Positions 1-9,819 of a stretch of 32,162 bases of DNA are shown here, in pieces. Where the stretch lies: contig JAFGSM010000188.1 in NCBI GenBank assembly GCA_016934595.1, positions 1 through 32,162 of the forward strand, written 5' to 3'. This DNA is from a bacterium (GTDB lineage Bacteria; SZUA-182; DTGQ01; JAFGSM01). The notes under the pieces were generated by a model. That model searched no databases and was not told where the DNA came from. It saw nothing but the letters and a program-made list of their open reading frames with translations. Numbering within the stretch: position 1 is the stretch's first letter; each line of letters starts with the position of its first letter. A program made the position numbers and the translations under genes.

Positions 1-21
1 AATTCGCTTTGAATATTTGCC

Positions 22-50
22 TTGACAAAAGTCAAAATTCTTTCTATACT
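22..50 (+). promoter_or_regulatory. Near-consensus sigma70-type promoter (TTGACA - 17 nt - TATACT)
   Basis: Read directly: ttgaca at 22-27, 17-nt spacer, tatact at 45-50. The -35 sits in a small palindrome ttgacaaaagtcaa. No convincing ORF follows. Confidence 0.45.
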
Positions 51-65
51 TTCTTTCAGGAAAGC

Positions 66-128
66 AAATTCCTATCAGCATCAGCTAAATTCCTATCAGC
101 TATCAGCATCAGCCAAATTCCTATCAGC
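66..128. repeat. Tandem array of 14-nt unit aaattcctatcagc with interspersed atcagc hexamers
   Basis: Unit aaattcctatcagc at 66-79, 87-100 and 115-128, with six atcagc hexamers interspersed. Degenerate copies aaattcctatgcgat at 151-165 and aaatacctatgcgat at 293-307. Confidence 0.6.
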
Positions 129-169
129 AAAACCCGCATGAAAAAAATGAAAATTCCTATGCGATCAAA

Positions 170-276
170 CTATAGATTTTCAGATAAATAATTGCAAAAA
201 ATCTTCTTGCATTAATTCGAAATTACAAAAGGTTATAGAGCAAAGATTGTGTAATTTGATTTCTGAAAATCTATAG
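170..276. mobile_element. MITE-like small repeat element, family B, copy 1 (15-bp terminal inverted repeats ctatagattttcaga)
   Basis: Left TIR ctatagattttcaga at 170-184; right TIR tctgaaaatctatag at 262-276. The whole unit of about 107 bp recurs at 31876-31980 at about 90% identity. Confidence 0.55.
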
Positions 277-378
277 AAAATGAAGGATGCCAAAATACCT
301 ATGCGATTTAAATAGTCATTTTTAAGATTTAAGCAATTTCTCTAAAGTATTTAATTTTCAAATGAAAGCGATCATAAT

Positions 379-420
379 TAGAATTGCTGGTCAATCAGGC
401 AGCAATTCTCATTTTGACCA
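379..420. other. Nested palindromes: agaattgctg / cagcaattct (10-bp stem, 10-nt loop) and tggtcaa / ttgacca
   Basis: Read directly at 379-410 and 387-420. Followed by cattttga, so a weak terminator-like hairpin or a dimeric regulator site. Confidence 0.3.
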
Positions 421-642
421 ATTTATATGTCATATATCATATATTTAGATAGAAAATATATTATGTTTTGTAACAAAAAGTGCCAAAATGAGAATAGCTT
501 CAATCATGATGATTAATTGCAATAGAATAAAAGAGAGATTATAATAATGCCTTTGAGGAAACTGTCCTTCGTCCTCAGAAGGCGAATAAGTATATGGATG
601 TTGTTATATATTCATCAATTTTAAGAGAGATAGGAAAAACTT

Positions 643-2124
643 ATGTCCGAACTTGACATACAACGAGATCAAAGGCTGGCCAAGATAGATTCCCTGAGGG
701 AGAAAGGGATAAATCCCTATCCGAATGATTTCAGGCCTTCTATAGGGATACCTGAAGTGCTGGATAGATATAAAGATTTTGCTGATGAAAAGGGGTCTTC
801 AGAAAGACTTTCTGTGGCAGGAAGGCTGGTAGCCAAAAGGGGACACGGAAAGACATGTTTCGCCCACCTTTTGGGAGATGGCGCAAGGCTTCAGATTTAT
901 TCAAGCAGGGACAGGCTTGGAGATGAAGAATATGCCCTGTTTAACGGACTTGATATAGGGGATATCATAGGGGTTGAAGGCCCAATCTTCAGGACAAGGA
1001 CAGGAGAACTTACCATAATGGTGGAGAGGTTTTTTCTTCTTGCAAAATCCCTTAGGCCACTGCCTGAGAAATGGCATGGTCTAAAGGATATAGAGACCAG
1101 ATACCGTCAGCGTTATCTTGACCTTTTCACAAATCCTGAATCCAGGCAGGTTTTTTTGCTTCGCAGCAGGATCATAAAGCAGATCAGGGAGTTTTTTAAC
1201 CTAATGGGGTTTATTGAGGTAGAAACACCCATGATGCAGGCAATCCCTGGAGGGGCTGCTGCAAGGCCATTCAAGACATATCACAATGCCCTGGATCAGG
1301 AATTTTATCTCAGGATAGCTCCTGAGCTTTACTTAAAGCGTTTGATAGTGGGCGGATTAGACAGGGTTTATGAATTAAACCGCAATTTCAGGAACGAGGG
1401 CCTGTCTGTGGATCATAATCCGGAGTTTACCATGCTCGAATTTTATATGGCCTATGCAGATTATAAAGAGCTTATGAGGCTCACGGAAAGGCTGTTTTGC
1501 GAGCTGGCGGAAAAGATAAAGGGTGTTTTTACCTGGGAATATCAGGGCAATCGCATAGACTTTACACCGCCCTGGAAGTGCCTTACGATTCATCAGGCAA
1601 TCCTTGAAAACAGCGGGGTGAAAGAAAAAGATCTGGATGATATGGACATGCTCAGAAAGAGGCTCTCAGAAGAAGGGGTTCCCCTGACAGGAAAGGAAGG
1701 ACATGGAAAGTTGCTATTAAAGATATTTGAGTCTTTGATAGAGCCTAAGCTTATCCAGCCGACTTTTATAATAGATTTTCCCAAAGAGGTCTCCCCTTTG
1801 GCCCGTTCCAAGGATACACAGCCGGATATTGTGGAGCGTTTTGAGCTTTATGTGGCTGGCAAGGAGATCGCCAATGCATTTAGCGAACTTAATGACCCTG
1901 TTGATCAGAGAAAGAGGTTTATTGAACAGGTGGAAGATTCGGAGGAAATGGAGGGAGTGGTGAAAAGGGTGGATGAGGATTATATCCAGGCACTTGAATA
2001 CGGTCTTCCGCCTACGGCAGGCGAAGGAATAGGCATTGACCGACTGGTGATGATATTTGCCGATTGCCCTTCGATAAGGGAGGTTATACTTTTCCCTCAG
2101 TTGAGGGAGATTTCGAATCCATAG
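643..2124 (+). CDS. lysS: Lysyl-tRNA synthetase, class II
   Basis: 493-aa ORF with an N-terminal anticodon-binding OB region and class II catalytic core motifs (e.g. FRNEG, GGLDRVYE, GIDRLVM). RBS-like ggaaaaa upstream. Confidence 0.95.
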   Translation: MSELDIQRDQRLAKIDSLREKGINPYPNDFRPSIGIPEVLDRYKDFADEKGSSERLSVAGRLVAKRGHGKTCFAHLLGDGARLQIYSSRDRLGDEEYALFNGLDIGDIIGVEGPIFRTRTGELTIMVERFFLLAKSLRPLPEKWHGLKDIETRYRQRYLDLFTNPESRQVFLLRSRIIKQIREFFNLMGFIEVETPMMQAIPGGAAARPFKTYHNALDQEFYLRIAPELYLKRLIVGGLDRVYELNRNFRNEGLSVDHNPEFTMLEFYMAYADYKELMRLTERLFCELAEKIKGVFTWEYQGNRIDFTPPWKCLTIHQAILENSGVKEKDLDDMDMLRKRLSEEGVPLTGKEGHGKLLLKIFESLIEPKLIQPTFIIDFPKEVSPLARSKDTQPDIVERFELYVAGKEIANAFSELNDPVDQRKRFIEQVEDSEEMEGVVKRVDEDYIQALEYGLPPTAGEGIGIDRLVMIFADCPSIREVILFPQLREISNP

Positions 2125-2129
2125 GCGTC

Positions 2130-3356
2130 ATGTCATACGAATTATTTATTGCCCTTCGTTATCTAAAGGCCCGGCGCAAACAGACCGTCATATCCCTTGT
2201 GACGTTTATCTCCATGGCAGGCGTTGCGCTTGGCGTTATGGCCCTCATAATAGTCCTTGCGGTAATGACCGGTTTTCAGACGGATATGAGAGACAAAATC
2301 CTCGAGACAAATGCCCATGTGGTGGTATTGAGCCATGATCAAAAAGGCATAGAGGATTATGAAAAGGTCATATCCGAGACCGAAAAGATCCCCGATGTTC
2401 TTGCCGTAGCCCCTTTTATCTATAGCCAGGTCATGCTATCGTCTCCCAGAAATGCCATGGGCGTGGTGTTGAGGGGCATAGACCCTGATTCTGAGATAAA
2501 GGTGACAAATCTTTCGGGAAATATGGTTGAAGGAAGACTGAGCGATCTGAAGGATTTGGATGGCGAAGAGGGCATAATCATAGGCAAGGAGCTTGCCAGG
2601 ACGCTTGGGGTTTATCATGGCCAGGATATAACGGTTATGTCTCCGGTTGGAAGGCTGACCCCAATGGGGACTGCGCCCAGGATGAAAAAGCTCAGGATAA
2701 CAGGCGTTTTTGACTCGGGTATGTATGAGTATGACACGAGCCTGGCCTATGTCACACTTGACACTGCCAGGGGATTTTTTGATCTGGGCCCTGTAGTAAC
2801 AGGTTTACAGGCAAAGGTTAAGGATATCTTTAGGGCGAGGGAGGCGGCAAGGGATATTCAGACTAAACTGGGATTTCCTTTTTATACGAGAGACTGGATG
2901 GAAATGAATAAAAACCTTTTCTCTGCATTAAAATTGGAAAAACTGGCCATGTTTATCATTCTCATACTCATAATACTTGTAGCAGCCTTCAATATAGTGA
3001 GCACGCTGGTGATGATGGTCCTTGAAAAACACAAGGATATAGGCATCCTGAAATCTATGGGCGCAACTGCAAAGAGCATCATGGGCATTTTTCTGATTGA
3101 GGGCCTGACCATAGGTGCGGTAGGCACGTTCATCGGCTTTGCAGGAGGAGTCTTGATATGCTGGGTCGCAGACACATACCGGCTTATTAAGCTCCAGGCG
3201 GATATCTATTACATCAGTTATCTGTCTTTTAAGATGCAGCCTCTTGATCTGATTCTGGTGTGCGCTGCATCTATTTTGATCAGCATACTGGCTACTGTTT
3301 ATCCTGCATGCCAGGCGTCGAAGCTTGATCCTGTTGAGGCATTGAGATATGAATGA
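2130..3356 (+). CDS. lolC: Lipoprotein-releasing system permease LolC/E (FtsX/MacB-type)
   Basis: The ORF track gives 2064..3356, but the likely start is the ATG at 2130 (MSYELFIALRYLKARRKQ...), which would overlap the lysS end by a few nt. N-terminal TM helix, large periplasmic domain, three C-terminal TM helices, and a LolD-like ABC ATPase gene immediately downstream. Confidence 0.85.
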   Translation: MSYELFIALRYLKARRKQTVISLVTFISMAGVALGVMALIIVLAVMTGFQTDMRDKILETNAHVVVLSHDQKGIEDYEKVISETEKIPDVLAVAPFIYSQVMLSSPRNAMGVVLRGIDPDSEIKVTNLSGNMVEGRLSDLKDLDGEEGIIIGKELARTLGVYHGQDITVMSPVGRLTPMGTAPRMKKLRITGVFDSGMYEYDTSLAYVTLDTARGFFDLGPVVTGLQAKVKDIFRAREAARDIQTKLGFPFYTRDWMEMNKNLFSALKLEKLAMFIILILIILVAAFNIVSTLVMMVLEKHKDIGILKSMGATAKSIMGIFLIEGLTIGAVGTFIGFAGGVLICWVADTYRLIKLQADIYYISYLSFKMQPLDLILVCAASILISILATVYPACQASKLDPVEALRYE

Positions 3357-3443
3357 AATGAATGAAATAAAAGTTTCGGATCGGCGAAGGTGGTTCCGGG
3401 CGAAATTTGGGTTCGTTGGCAGGTAATAGGTAAGAAAGGACAC

Positions 3444-4124
3444 ATGAAAGACGTATTATTGAAGATGACAGATATTCACAAATCCTACCCAATGGCAGGA
3501 ATGCAGGTAGATGTATTGAAAGGCGTTGACCTTGATCTTGAGTCTGGGGGGGTGTTGGCTGTTGTTGGGGCTTCAGGGGCAGGAAAGAGCACCCTGCTTC
3601 ATATTATAGGGGCGCTTGATAGGCCAACCAAGGGAGGTTATCATTATAAAGACCATGATGTCTTTAAGTGTTCTGATAGAGAGTTGGCCGGTTTCAGGAA
3701 CAGCACGATAGGTTTTATATTCCAGTTTCATCACCTCCTCCCGGAGTTCACGGCGCTTGAGAATATCATGATGCCTTTGATGATCTCAGGCAAGGCAAAA
3801 AAAGAGGAGATAAGGGAAAAGGCGCAGACGCTTCTTAAAGAAGTGGGCCTGGAGAACAGGGAATTCCATAGGCCCTCGGAGCTTTCAGGCGGAGAACAGC
3901 AGAGGGTGGCAATAGCCAGGGCTCTGGCCAATGATCCTGAGCTTATTTTAGCGGATGAGCCGACAGGCAATCTGGACACCCAAACAAGCCATTCCGTATT
4001 TGATCTTTTGGTAGGGCTCAACTCCCAGAGGGGTATGAGCATGATATTTGTCACTCATAATATGGAACTGGCAAAAAAGGCTAAGCACAGGCTTAGGCTC
4101 AAGGATGGGGTTGTCTTGGATTGA
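3444..4124 (+). CDS. lolD: ABC transporter ATP-binding protein LolD
   Basis: Walker A GASGAGKST, signature LSGGEQQRVAIARAL, Walker B ILADEPTG. Start taken at MKDVLL (ATG 3444) after RBS aagaaagga; the ORF track begins at 3390. Sits downstream of the lolC/E permease. Confidence 0.85.
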   Translation: MKDVLLKMTDIHKSYPMAGMQVDVLKGVDLDLESGGVLAVVGASGAGKSTLLHIIGALDRPTKGGYHYKDHDVFKCSDRELAGFRNSTIGFIFQFHHLLPEFTALENIMMPLMISGKAKKEEIREKAQTLLKEVGLENREFHRPSELSGGEQQRVAIARALANDPELILADEPTGNLDTQTSHSVFDLLVGLNSQRGMSMIFVTHNMELAKKAKHRLRLKDGVVLD

Positions 4125-4287
4125 TTTTTGCATCAGTTGTCATATAATAGACTTTATGATATTTGAAGTGAGATAAAAATAGTTTTATAATTAATTGATA
4201 TTATTGACAATATTTTTTTGTCTTATATTTATACTGTGTCAAAGCATATTATTTATACTGTAAAAAATTTATACGAGGACATCAATT

Positions 4288-6762
4288 ATGTTCGAACGTT
4301 TCACAGAAAGGGCTAAACGGACCATAGTTCTGGCCAGAGAAGAGGCCATCAGGCTGGGGGATCCCTATCTCGGCACGGAGCACATACTCCTTGGCCTCAT
4401 ACGCAAGGAGGACGGCACGGCGGTTGAGATATTGAAAAATATAGGGCTCGATCTTAAAGAGATACATTTTGAAGTGGAAAGAAGGATACCGCGTCAGTAT
4501 AACAGACGGCTGGAGCATCAAATAGAGATCCCATTCACAAACCGGGCAAAGAAGGTACTTGAACTGGCTATAGAGGAAGCCAATATGATGGGCCATGACC
4601 GGATCGGAACAGGGCATATACTTATTGGCCTGGTTAAGGAGGGAGAGGGGATCGCTGCCAGTGTATTTGAAGATCTAAGGGTCGATCTGACGGAGGTCAG
4701 GCGTGAGGTTATAAACATGGCGCAGTTTGGCCAGAGAGAGACAAAACCTGAGGTAAAAACGGAGACGCTCAACGAATTTGGAAGGGATATTACCCGTCTT
4801 GCAAGAGAAAACAGGCTGGATCCTGTAATAGGACGTGAGGATGAGATCGAGCGCCTTATACAGATACTGAGCCGCAGGACAAAAAACAATCCTGTGCTCA
4901 TAGGAGAGCCTGGTGTTGGAAAGACAGCCATCGTGGAAGGTCTAGCCCAGAGGATTGTAGACCGTACCGTTCCTATTTTTCTGACTGATAAAAGGATAGT
5001 GGGACTGGATTTAGGCCTGCTCGTTGCGGGGACAAAATACAGGGGGCAATTCGAGGAGAGAATGAAGGCAATAATGAAAGAGATTGCCTTGGCCAAGAAT
5101 GTAATCTTGTTCGTGGACGAGCTTCATACACTGGTAGGCGCTGGAGCGGCAGAGGGGTCTATTGACGCATCCAATATGCTGAAGCCTGCGCTTTCGCGCG
5201 GCGAGATACAATGCATAGGCGCCACAACGCTGAGGGAATACAAGAAATACATAGAGAAAGACGGCGCATTGGAAAGGCGTTTTCAGACGCTAATGGTAGC
5301 TCCTCCATCCCTGGATGAGACAATTGAGATAATAAGAGGCTTGAGAAGCAAATATGAGATGCATCATCATGTCATATTTAATGAAGAGGCCATTATCCAG
5401 GCTGCCAGGTTGTCAGACCGTTACATTACGGACCGCTATCTCCCTGATAAGGCTATAGATGTTCTGGATGAGGCAGGGTCTCGGGCGAGGCTGAAGAATG
5501 CGGAATTCCCCCCTATGCTGAAAGATTTACAGAAGGAATCCTTACAGATAAGGGAGGCCAAGGATGAGGCAATAAAATCCCAGGAATACGAAAAGGCTGC
5601 GCAACTGAGGGACAGGGAACGGAAACTTAGAATGAAGCTGGAGGAAAAGAATCGTCTCTGGCAATATAAACAGAGGATGAAAAAGATCGAGGTAAGCGAG
5701 GATGACGTGGCTCATGTCGTGTCCAAGTGGACAGGCGTGCCTGTGTTTAAGATGGGGCAGGAGGAGTCTGAAAAACTGATTCATATAGAAGATGAGCTGC
5801 ACAAAAAATTAATAGGCCAGGATGAGGCGATTTATGCCATTTCAAGGGCAATCAAACGGTCAAGGGCCGGTGTGAAAAACCCGAACAGGCCCATAGGTTC
5901 TTTCATATTTCTTGGGCCGACCGGCGTGGGCAAAACAGAACTGGCCAGATGCCTGGCGGAATATCTTTTTGGAAGCTATGAGGCGCTTATCAGGATTGAT
6001 ATGTCCGAATACACTGAAAAATTTGCCGTTTCCAGGCTCGTAGGCGCCCCTCCCGGATACGTGGGATATGAGGAGGGCGGGCAGCTCACAGAAAGGGTAA
6101 GGCGCAGGCCATATTCGGTTGTCTTGATAGACGAGATAGAAAAGGCGCATCCTGAGGTGTTTAACATCCTCCTTCAGGTTTTGGAGGACGGCCACCTTAC
6201 TGATTCAAGCGGCAGGTTTGTGGACTTTAAGAATGTAGTCGTGATAATGACCTCCAATGTGGCCGCCAAACATATCGAAAAAAAGGGGAATCTGGGATTC
6301 AATCCCCAGGATGATGAAATAACCAAGTATGAGCAGATGAAAAGGCTTGTCATGGATGAGCTGAAACACATGTTCAATCCCGAATTCCTGAACAGGGTCG
6401 ATGAGATCATTGTATTTCACACCCTTGGCAAGAAACACCTGAGGCAGATCATATACCTTCTTATAGGTCAGCTTAATAAACAATTGAAGGATAGACAGAT
6501 GAATCTGGAGATTTCCAAGGAGGCTGAAGATTGGCTTTTAGAGAAGGGTTATCAGCCCAAATACGGGGCAAGGCCTCTAAAAAGATGCATACAAAGATAT
6601 ATTGAAGATGTCCTGTCAGAGGATATTATAAAAGGCCGGTTCAAGGATGGCGATTGCATCAGTGTAATTGTTCAGGATGGAGGGCTGGCCTTTGTCAAAA
6701 AGATCAGTAGTGTTAAAGAAGAAATCGGCGCAGGCAAACCAGGTTTGATGGGTGAGAATTGA
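4288..6762 (+). CDS. clpC: ATP-dependent Clp protease ATP-binding subunit ClpC (tandem Clp_N repeats, two AAA+ modules, UVR-like motif)
   Basis: 824 aa. N-terminal double Clp_N repeat, two Walker A boxes (GEPGVGKT and GPTGVGKT), and a UVR-like segment [17 protein letters not shown] in the middle domain. Confidence 0.9.
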   Translation: MFERFTERAKRTIVLAREEAIRLGDPYLGTEHILLGLIRKEDGTAVEILKNIGLDLKEIHFEVERRIPRQYNRRLEHQIEIPFTNRAKKVLELAIEEANMMGHDRIGTGHILIGLVKEGEGIAASVFEDLRVDLTEVRREVINMAQFGQRETKPEVKTETLNEFGRDITRLARENRLDPVIGREDEIERLIQILSRRTKNNPVLIGEPGVGKTAIVEGLAQRIVDRTVPIFLTDKRIVGLDLGLLVAGTKYRGQFEERMKAIMKEIALAKNVILFVDELHTLVGAGAAEGSIDASNMLKPALSRGEIQCIGATTLREYKKYIEKDGALERRFQTLMVAPPSLDETIEIIRGLRSKYEMHHHVIFNEEAIIQAARLSDRYITDRYLPDKAIDVLDEAGSRARLKNAEFPPMLKDLQKESLQIREAKDEAIKSQEYEKAAQLRDRERKLRMKLEEKNRLWQYKQRMKKIEVSEDDVAHVVSKWTGVPVFKMGQEESEKLIHIEDELHKKLIGQDEAIYAISRAIKRSRAGVKNPNRPIGSFIFLGPTGVGKTELARCLAEYLFGSYEALIRIDMSEYTEKFAVSRLVGAPPGYVGYEEGGQLTERVRRRPYSVVLIDEIEKAHPEVFNILLQVLEDGHLTDSSGRFVDFKNVVVIMTSNVAAKHIEKKGNLGFNPQDDEITKYEQMKRLVMDELKHMFNPEFLNRVDEIIVFHTLGKKHLRQIIYLLIGQLNKQLKDRQMNLEISKEAEDWLLEKGYQPKYGARPLKRCIQRYIEDVLSEDIIKGRFKDGDCISVIVQDGGLAFVKKISSVKEEIGAGKPGLMGEN

Positions 6763-6802
6763 AGGGCTTGAATAAAGCAGACAATCTGGAAAGATACATT
6801 AG

Positions 6803-9103
6803 ATGGTTAAGCTGAAGCAAGCCATCCTTTTTATCTGTCTATTTATCCTATTTTCCCCGTATCTTGGCGAAGGGGCGGAGGAATATATCCCTGTTCAAGC
6901 TATTGAAATAAATGGGCATCGTGTCATAGAAGAGGATACCATCAGGCATCAGATAAAAACCCGTGTAGGGGATATCTTTAAACCATTTCTCATCCGGCAG
7001 GATATCGTATCTATATATAAGATAGGTTACATCGAGGATATAAAGGTTGAATCCGAGCCATTCGAGGGCGGAATAAAGCTTATATACATCATAAAAGAGA
7101 GACCTTCAATCAGGAATATCATCTTTGAGGGAAACAAAAAGATAAAAATGGATACGCTCAAAGAGAAGATAGACCTGAAAGAGAAAACCTTTCTCGACAA
7201 AGGCGCCATCAATCAAAACATTGGCAAATTGATCCAGCACTATCAGAGCGAAGGGTTTTATCTGGTGGAGATCGATTATAGATTGGAGGATGTCGATGAG
7301 GGATGGGTCAACGTTTATATTATTATCGATGAAGGGAAAAAGGTGAAGATCAGGGAGATTGTTTTCTCAGGGAATGAGCATTTTAAAGACAGGGTACTCC
7401 AAAAGGAGATAGGCACCAAGACTTATGGACTTTTTTCATGGCTTTCAAGAAAGGGTTTTCTTAACAAAGAGGTATTGGATGCAGACCGCTTTAGAATACA
7501 AAATTATTATCTGGACAGGGGATTCATCCACTGCCAGGTTTTTTCACCTGTGGCGGAACTGGACGAAAAAAGGGAACGCCTGACTGTAATGTTTACTATC
7601 AACGAGGGTGATCTTTATCAGATTGAGGATGTATCCATTACAGGGAATTTTATTTACTCCATCGAGAACCTGGAAGAATTTATCAAGGTAAAATCCGGCG
7701 ATGTTTACTCAAGAAGCGCTATAAGCAAGGACACGATCAGCATCACCGATGCCTATGGAGAGAAAGGGTATCTTACAACTGAAGTCTATCCTTCGATTTC
7801 CGAGAAGCCGGATAAAAAAGCCGTTTCCATCATATACAGAATCAAAGAAGGGGGGCCTTCTTATCTGAGATGGATAAATATCTCGGGTAATAACAAGACC
7901 AGGGACAAGGTCATACGAAGGGAGATGAGCGTCAAAGAGGGTGATCTCCTTGATACAAAACGTATGCGTGAAAGCTACAGAAGGGTCAGAAGCTTGGGCT
8001 TTTTTGAGGAGCTGGACATGCAGACAGTTCCAACTATGCTTGAAGACAGGTTTGATCTGGACCTTACAGTTGAGGAGAGGCTTACAGGTCAGATAAGCCT
8101 TGGGGCAGGTTACAGCTCCGAGGATCATCTTGTGGGCACATTCGAGATCAGGCAGGGGAATCTGTTTGGCCGGGGACAGAGGCTTTCAGCAGCGGCTGAA
8201 CTGGGAGGAGAGCGGCAGACATACAGCCTTAGCTTCACCGAACCTTATTTCATGGACAAATCCCTGACGCTGGGAGCGGGGATCTATTACGAGATCAAGG
8301 AATATGACAATTATACAAGAAGCTCCCGAGGGGGTGACCTGAACTTTGGTTTTCCCCTTCCCATGGATTTCCGGTTTTTCACAAACTATAATTATGAAAA
8401 TGTGAATATAACCGAGGTAGACCCTTATATCCTGGCCAGGGATGCAAATAATCAGGAGTTGACCTTTTTTGAGCAAAGCCTGATCGATGCACAAGGGGAA
8501 TCAGACTCAAGCAGCCTTTTGTTCGCCATCTCCAGGGATACCAGGGATGACCGTTTCAGGCCTACGTCAGGGTCGAATAATCGCCTCTCTTTCAAATATG
8601 CAGGCGGGATTTTAGGAGGTGATAACTGGTTCTACAGCACAAGCATTGACAGCGGAATGTATATCCCCCTGCCATGGTGGAAATTTATCCTTGCCCTGCA
8701 TGGAAATTTGACTTATGCCAGCGGGCACGGCGGCAAGAATCTTCCGGTTTTTGAAAGGCTGTACTGCGGGGGCACCAGCACGGTAAGGGGTTACTCTCAA
8801 AGAGGCATAGGCCCGAAAGACATCTATGACAATCCTACAGGCGGAAATAAAAGGGTTGTTTTCAATACAGAGATTCATTTCCCTATCTATGAAGCTATGA
8901 ACGGGCTGTTTTTTTTCGATGCAGGCAATGTGTTTGACGAACAACAGTATTTTTTCGCAGAGTCTCTGAGGATGAGCGCCGGTATCGGCATACGCCTTTA
9001 TACTCCTATGGGTCCCATGCGTTTGGACTGGGGATACAAGCTTTTGAGAAGGGTTACAGAGAGCCCGTCTGACTGGCATTTTGCTATAGGGACATATTTT
9101 TGA
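6803..9103 (+). CDS. bamA: Outer membrane protein assembly factor BamA (POTRA repeats plus Omp85 beta-barrel)
   Basis: 766 aa. Signal peptide, multiple POTRA-like repeats, and a C-terminal beta-barrel ending in aromatic ...AIGTYF. The bamA-skp-lpxD order is canonical. Confidence 0.9.
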   Translation: MVKLKQAILFICLFILFSPYLGEGAEEYIPVQAIEINGHRVIEEDTIRHQIKTRVGDIFKPFLIRQDIVSIYKIGYIEDIKVESEPFEGGIKLIYIIKERPSIRNIIFEGNKKIKMDTLKEKIDLKEKTFLDKGAINQNIGKLIQHYQSEGFYLVEIDYRLEDVDEGWVNVYIIIDEGKKVKIREIVFSGNEHFKDRVLQKEIGTKTYGLFSWLSRKGFLNKEVLDADRFRIQNYYLDRGFIHCQVFSPVAELDEKRERLTVMFTINEGDLYQIEDVSITGNFIYSIENLEEFIKVKSGDVYSRSAISKDTISITDAYGEKGYLTTEVYPSISEKPDKKAVSIIYRIKEGGPSYLRWINISGNNKTRDKVIRREMSVKEGDLLDTKRMRESYRRVRSLGFFEELDMQTVPTMLEDRFDLDLTVEERLTGQISLGAGYSSEDHLVGTFEIRQGNLFGRGQRLSAAAELGGERQTYSLSFTEPYFMDKSLTLGAGIYYEIKEYDNYTRSSRGGDLNFGFPLPMDFRFFTNYNYENVNITEVDPYILARDANNQELTFFEQSLIDAQGESDSSSLLFAISRDTRDDRFRPTSGSNNRLSFKYAGGILGGDNWFYSTSIDSGMYIPLPWWKFILALHGNLTYASGHGGKNLPVFERLYCGGTSTVRGYSQRGIGPKDIYDNPTGGNKRVVFNTEIHFPIYEAMNGLFFFDAGNVFDEQQYFFAESLRMSAGIGIRLYTPMGPMRLDWGYKLLRRVTESPSDWHFAIGTYF

Positions 9104-9270
9104 TGGGTGCGGGTGAGCTTCCTTAATGGACCCTTTATCTCGAAAATAGATTCTATTTTAGTGATTCGTATTGACACCAAAAGTGGGATAGGCGTTTATC
9201 ATTTTATTAACCGTTTTTAGCCTGTTTTTTAAGGCTGAATAATCAAAAACAGGATTAGAGGAGGAATCAT

Positions 9271-9819
9271 ATGAGTTTTAGAATCAAGTCCATATTAATG
9301 TCGGTTTTGATTTTATCTTTTTTTACAGCATTTGTCCCGATATTTACCGGAATAGCAGGCTCAGCCGAGTTAAAGATCGGTTATATCAACAGTCAGAGAA
9401 TCCTTGAGGAGTCAAAGGCAGGCAGGGATGCGACCAAGTCTCTTGAAAATCTCGAGAAGGAGAAAACCGGCCAGGTGGAGCAAAAGAAAAAGGAGATCGA
9501 TGACCTGGAGAACGAGCTGAGAAAAAAGGAATTTGCCATTACCCCTGAGCGGAAAAAGGAGATAGAGGACAATATCAGGCACAAAAGCCTGGAGTTGAAA
9601 TTTTTCGGAGAGGTAAAGGATAAAGAGATCAAGGATCTATATATTAAAAGCCTCAAGAAGGTGGAAAGCCAGGTTATGGAGATTGTCCTGCAGATCGGTC
9701 AGCAAGAAGGTTATGACCTTGTGCTCGGACGGGATGAGAGCGGGATATTGTTCGCCAATCCGAAACACGACCTGACCGAAAAGGTCATACAGATTTATGA
9801 CCAAAAGATGCAGCAATAA
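9271..9819 (+). CDS. skp: Periplasmic chaperone Skp/OmpH
   Basis: 182 aa. Signal peptide then a highly charged coiled-coil-rich sequence. Strong RBS aggagg upstream. Located between bamA and lpxD. Confidence 0.85.
   Translation: MSFRIKSILMSVLILSFFTAFVPIFTGIAGSAELKIGYINSQRILEESKAGRDATKSLENLEKEKTGQVEQKKKEIDDLENELRKKEFAITPERKKEIEDNIRHKSLELKFFGEVKDKEIKDLYIKSLKKVESQVMEIVLQIGQQEGYDLVLGRDESGILFANPKHDLTEKVIQIYDQKMQQ

Noticed and set aside
1-5. Window begins with aattc (EcoRI half-site)
   Set aside because: Possibly a cloning or contig boundary artefact. No biological inference possible.
9-191. 60-aa ORF at the window start
   Set aside because: Its sequence (FLSASAKFLSAISISQIPIS...) is just the translation of the tandem aaattcctatcagc repeats. 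No RBS, and it overlaps the promoter itself.
66-310. Possible CRISPR array
   Set aside because: Units are only 14 nt with 7-14-nt irregular spacers that are themselves repeats (atcagc). No cas genes. Does not fit CRISPR repeat-spacer architecture.
540-642. Possible riboswitch or T-box leader upstream of lysS (small hairpin ccttc...gaagg at about 565-585)
   Set aside because: The leader is too short and lacks the specifier or antiterminator architecture of a T-box. The lysine riboswitch is associated with lysC and transporters, not lysS. Only a 5-bp hairpin is visible.
4518-5096. 192-aa antisense ORF inside clpC (and similar antisense ORFs inside bamA, lolC, atpA, glnS, the SPFH-rSAM gene, etc.)
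   Set aside because: These lie fully within well-supported genes on the opposite strand, are low-complexity or Ser/Pro-rich, and have no RBS. Typical shadow ORFs.
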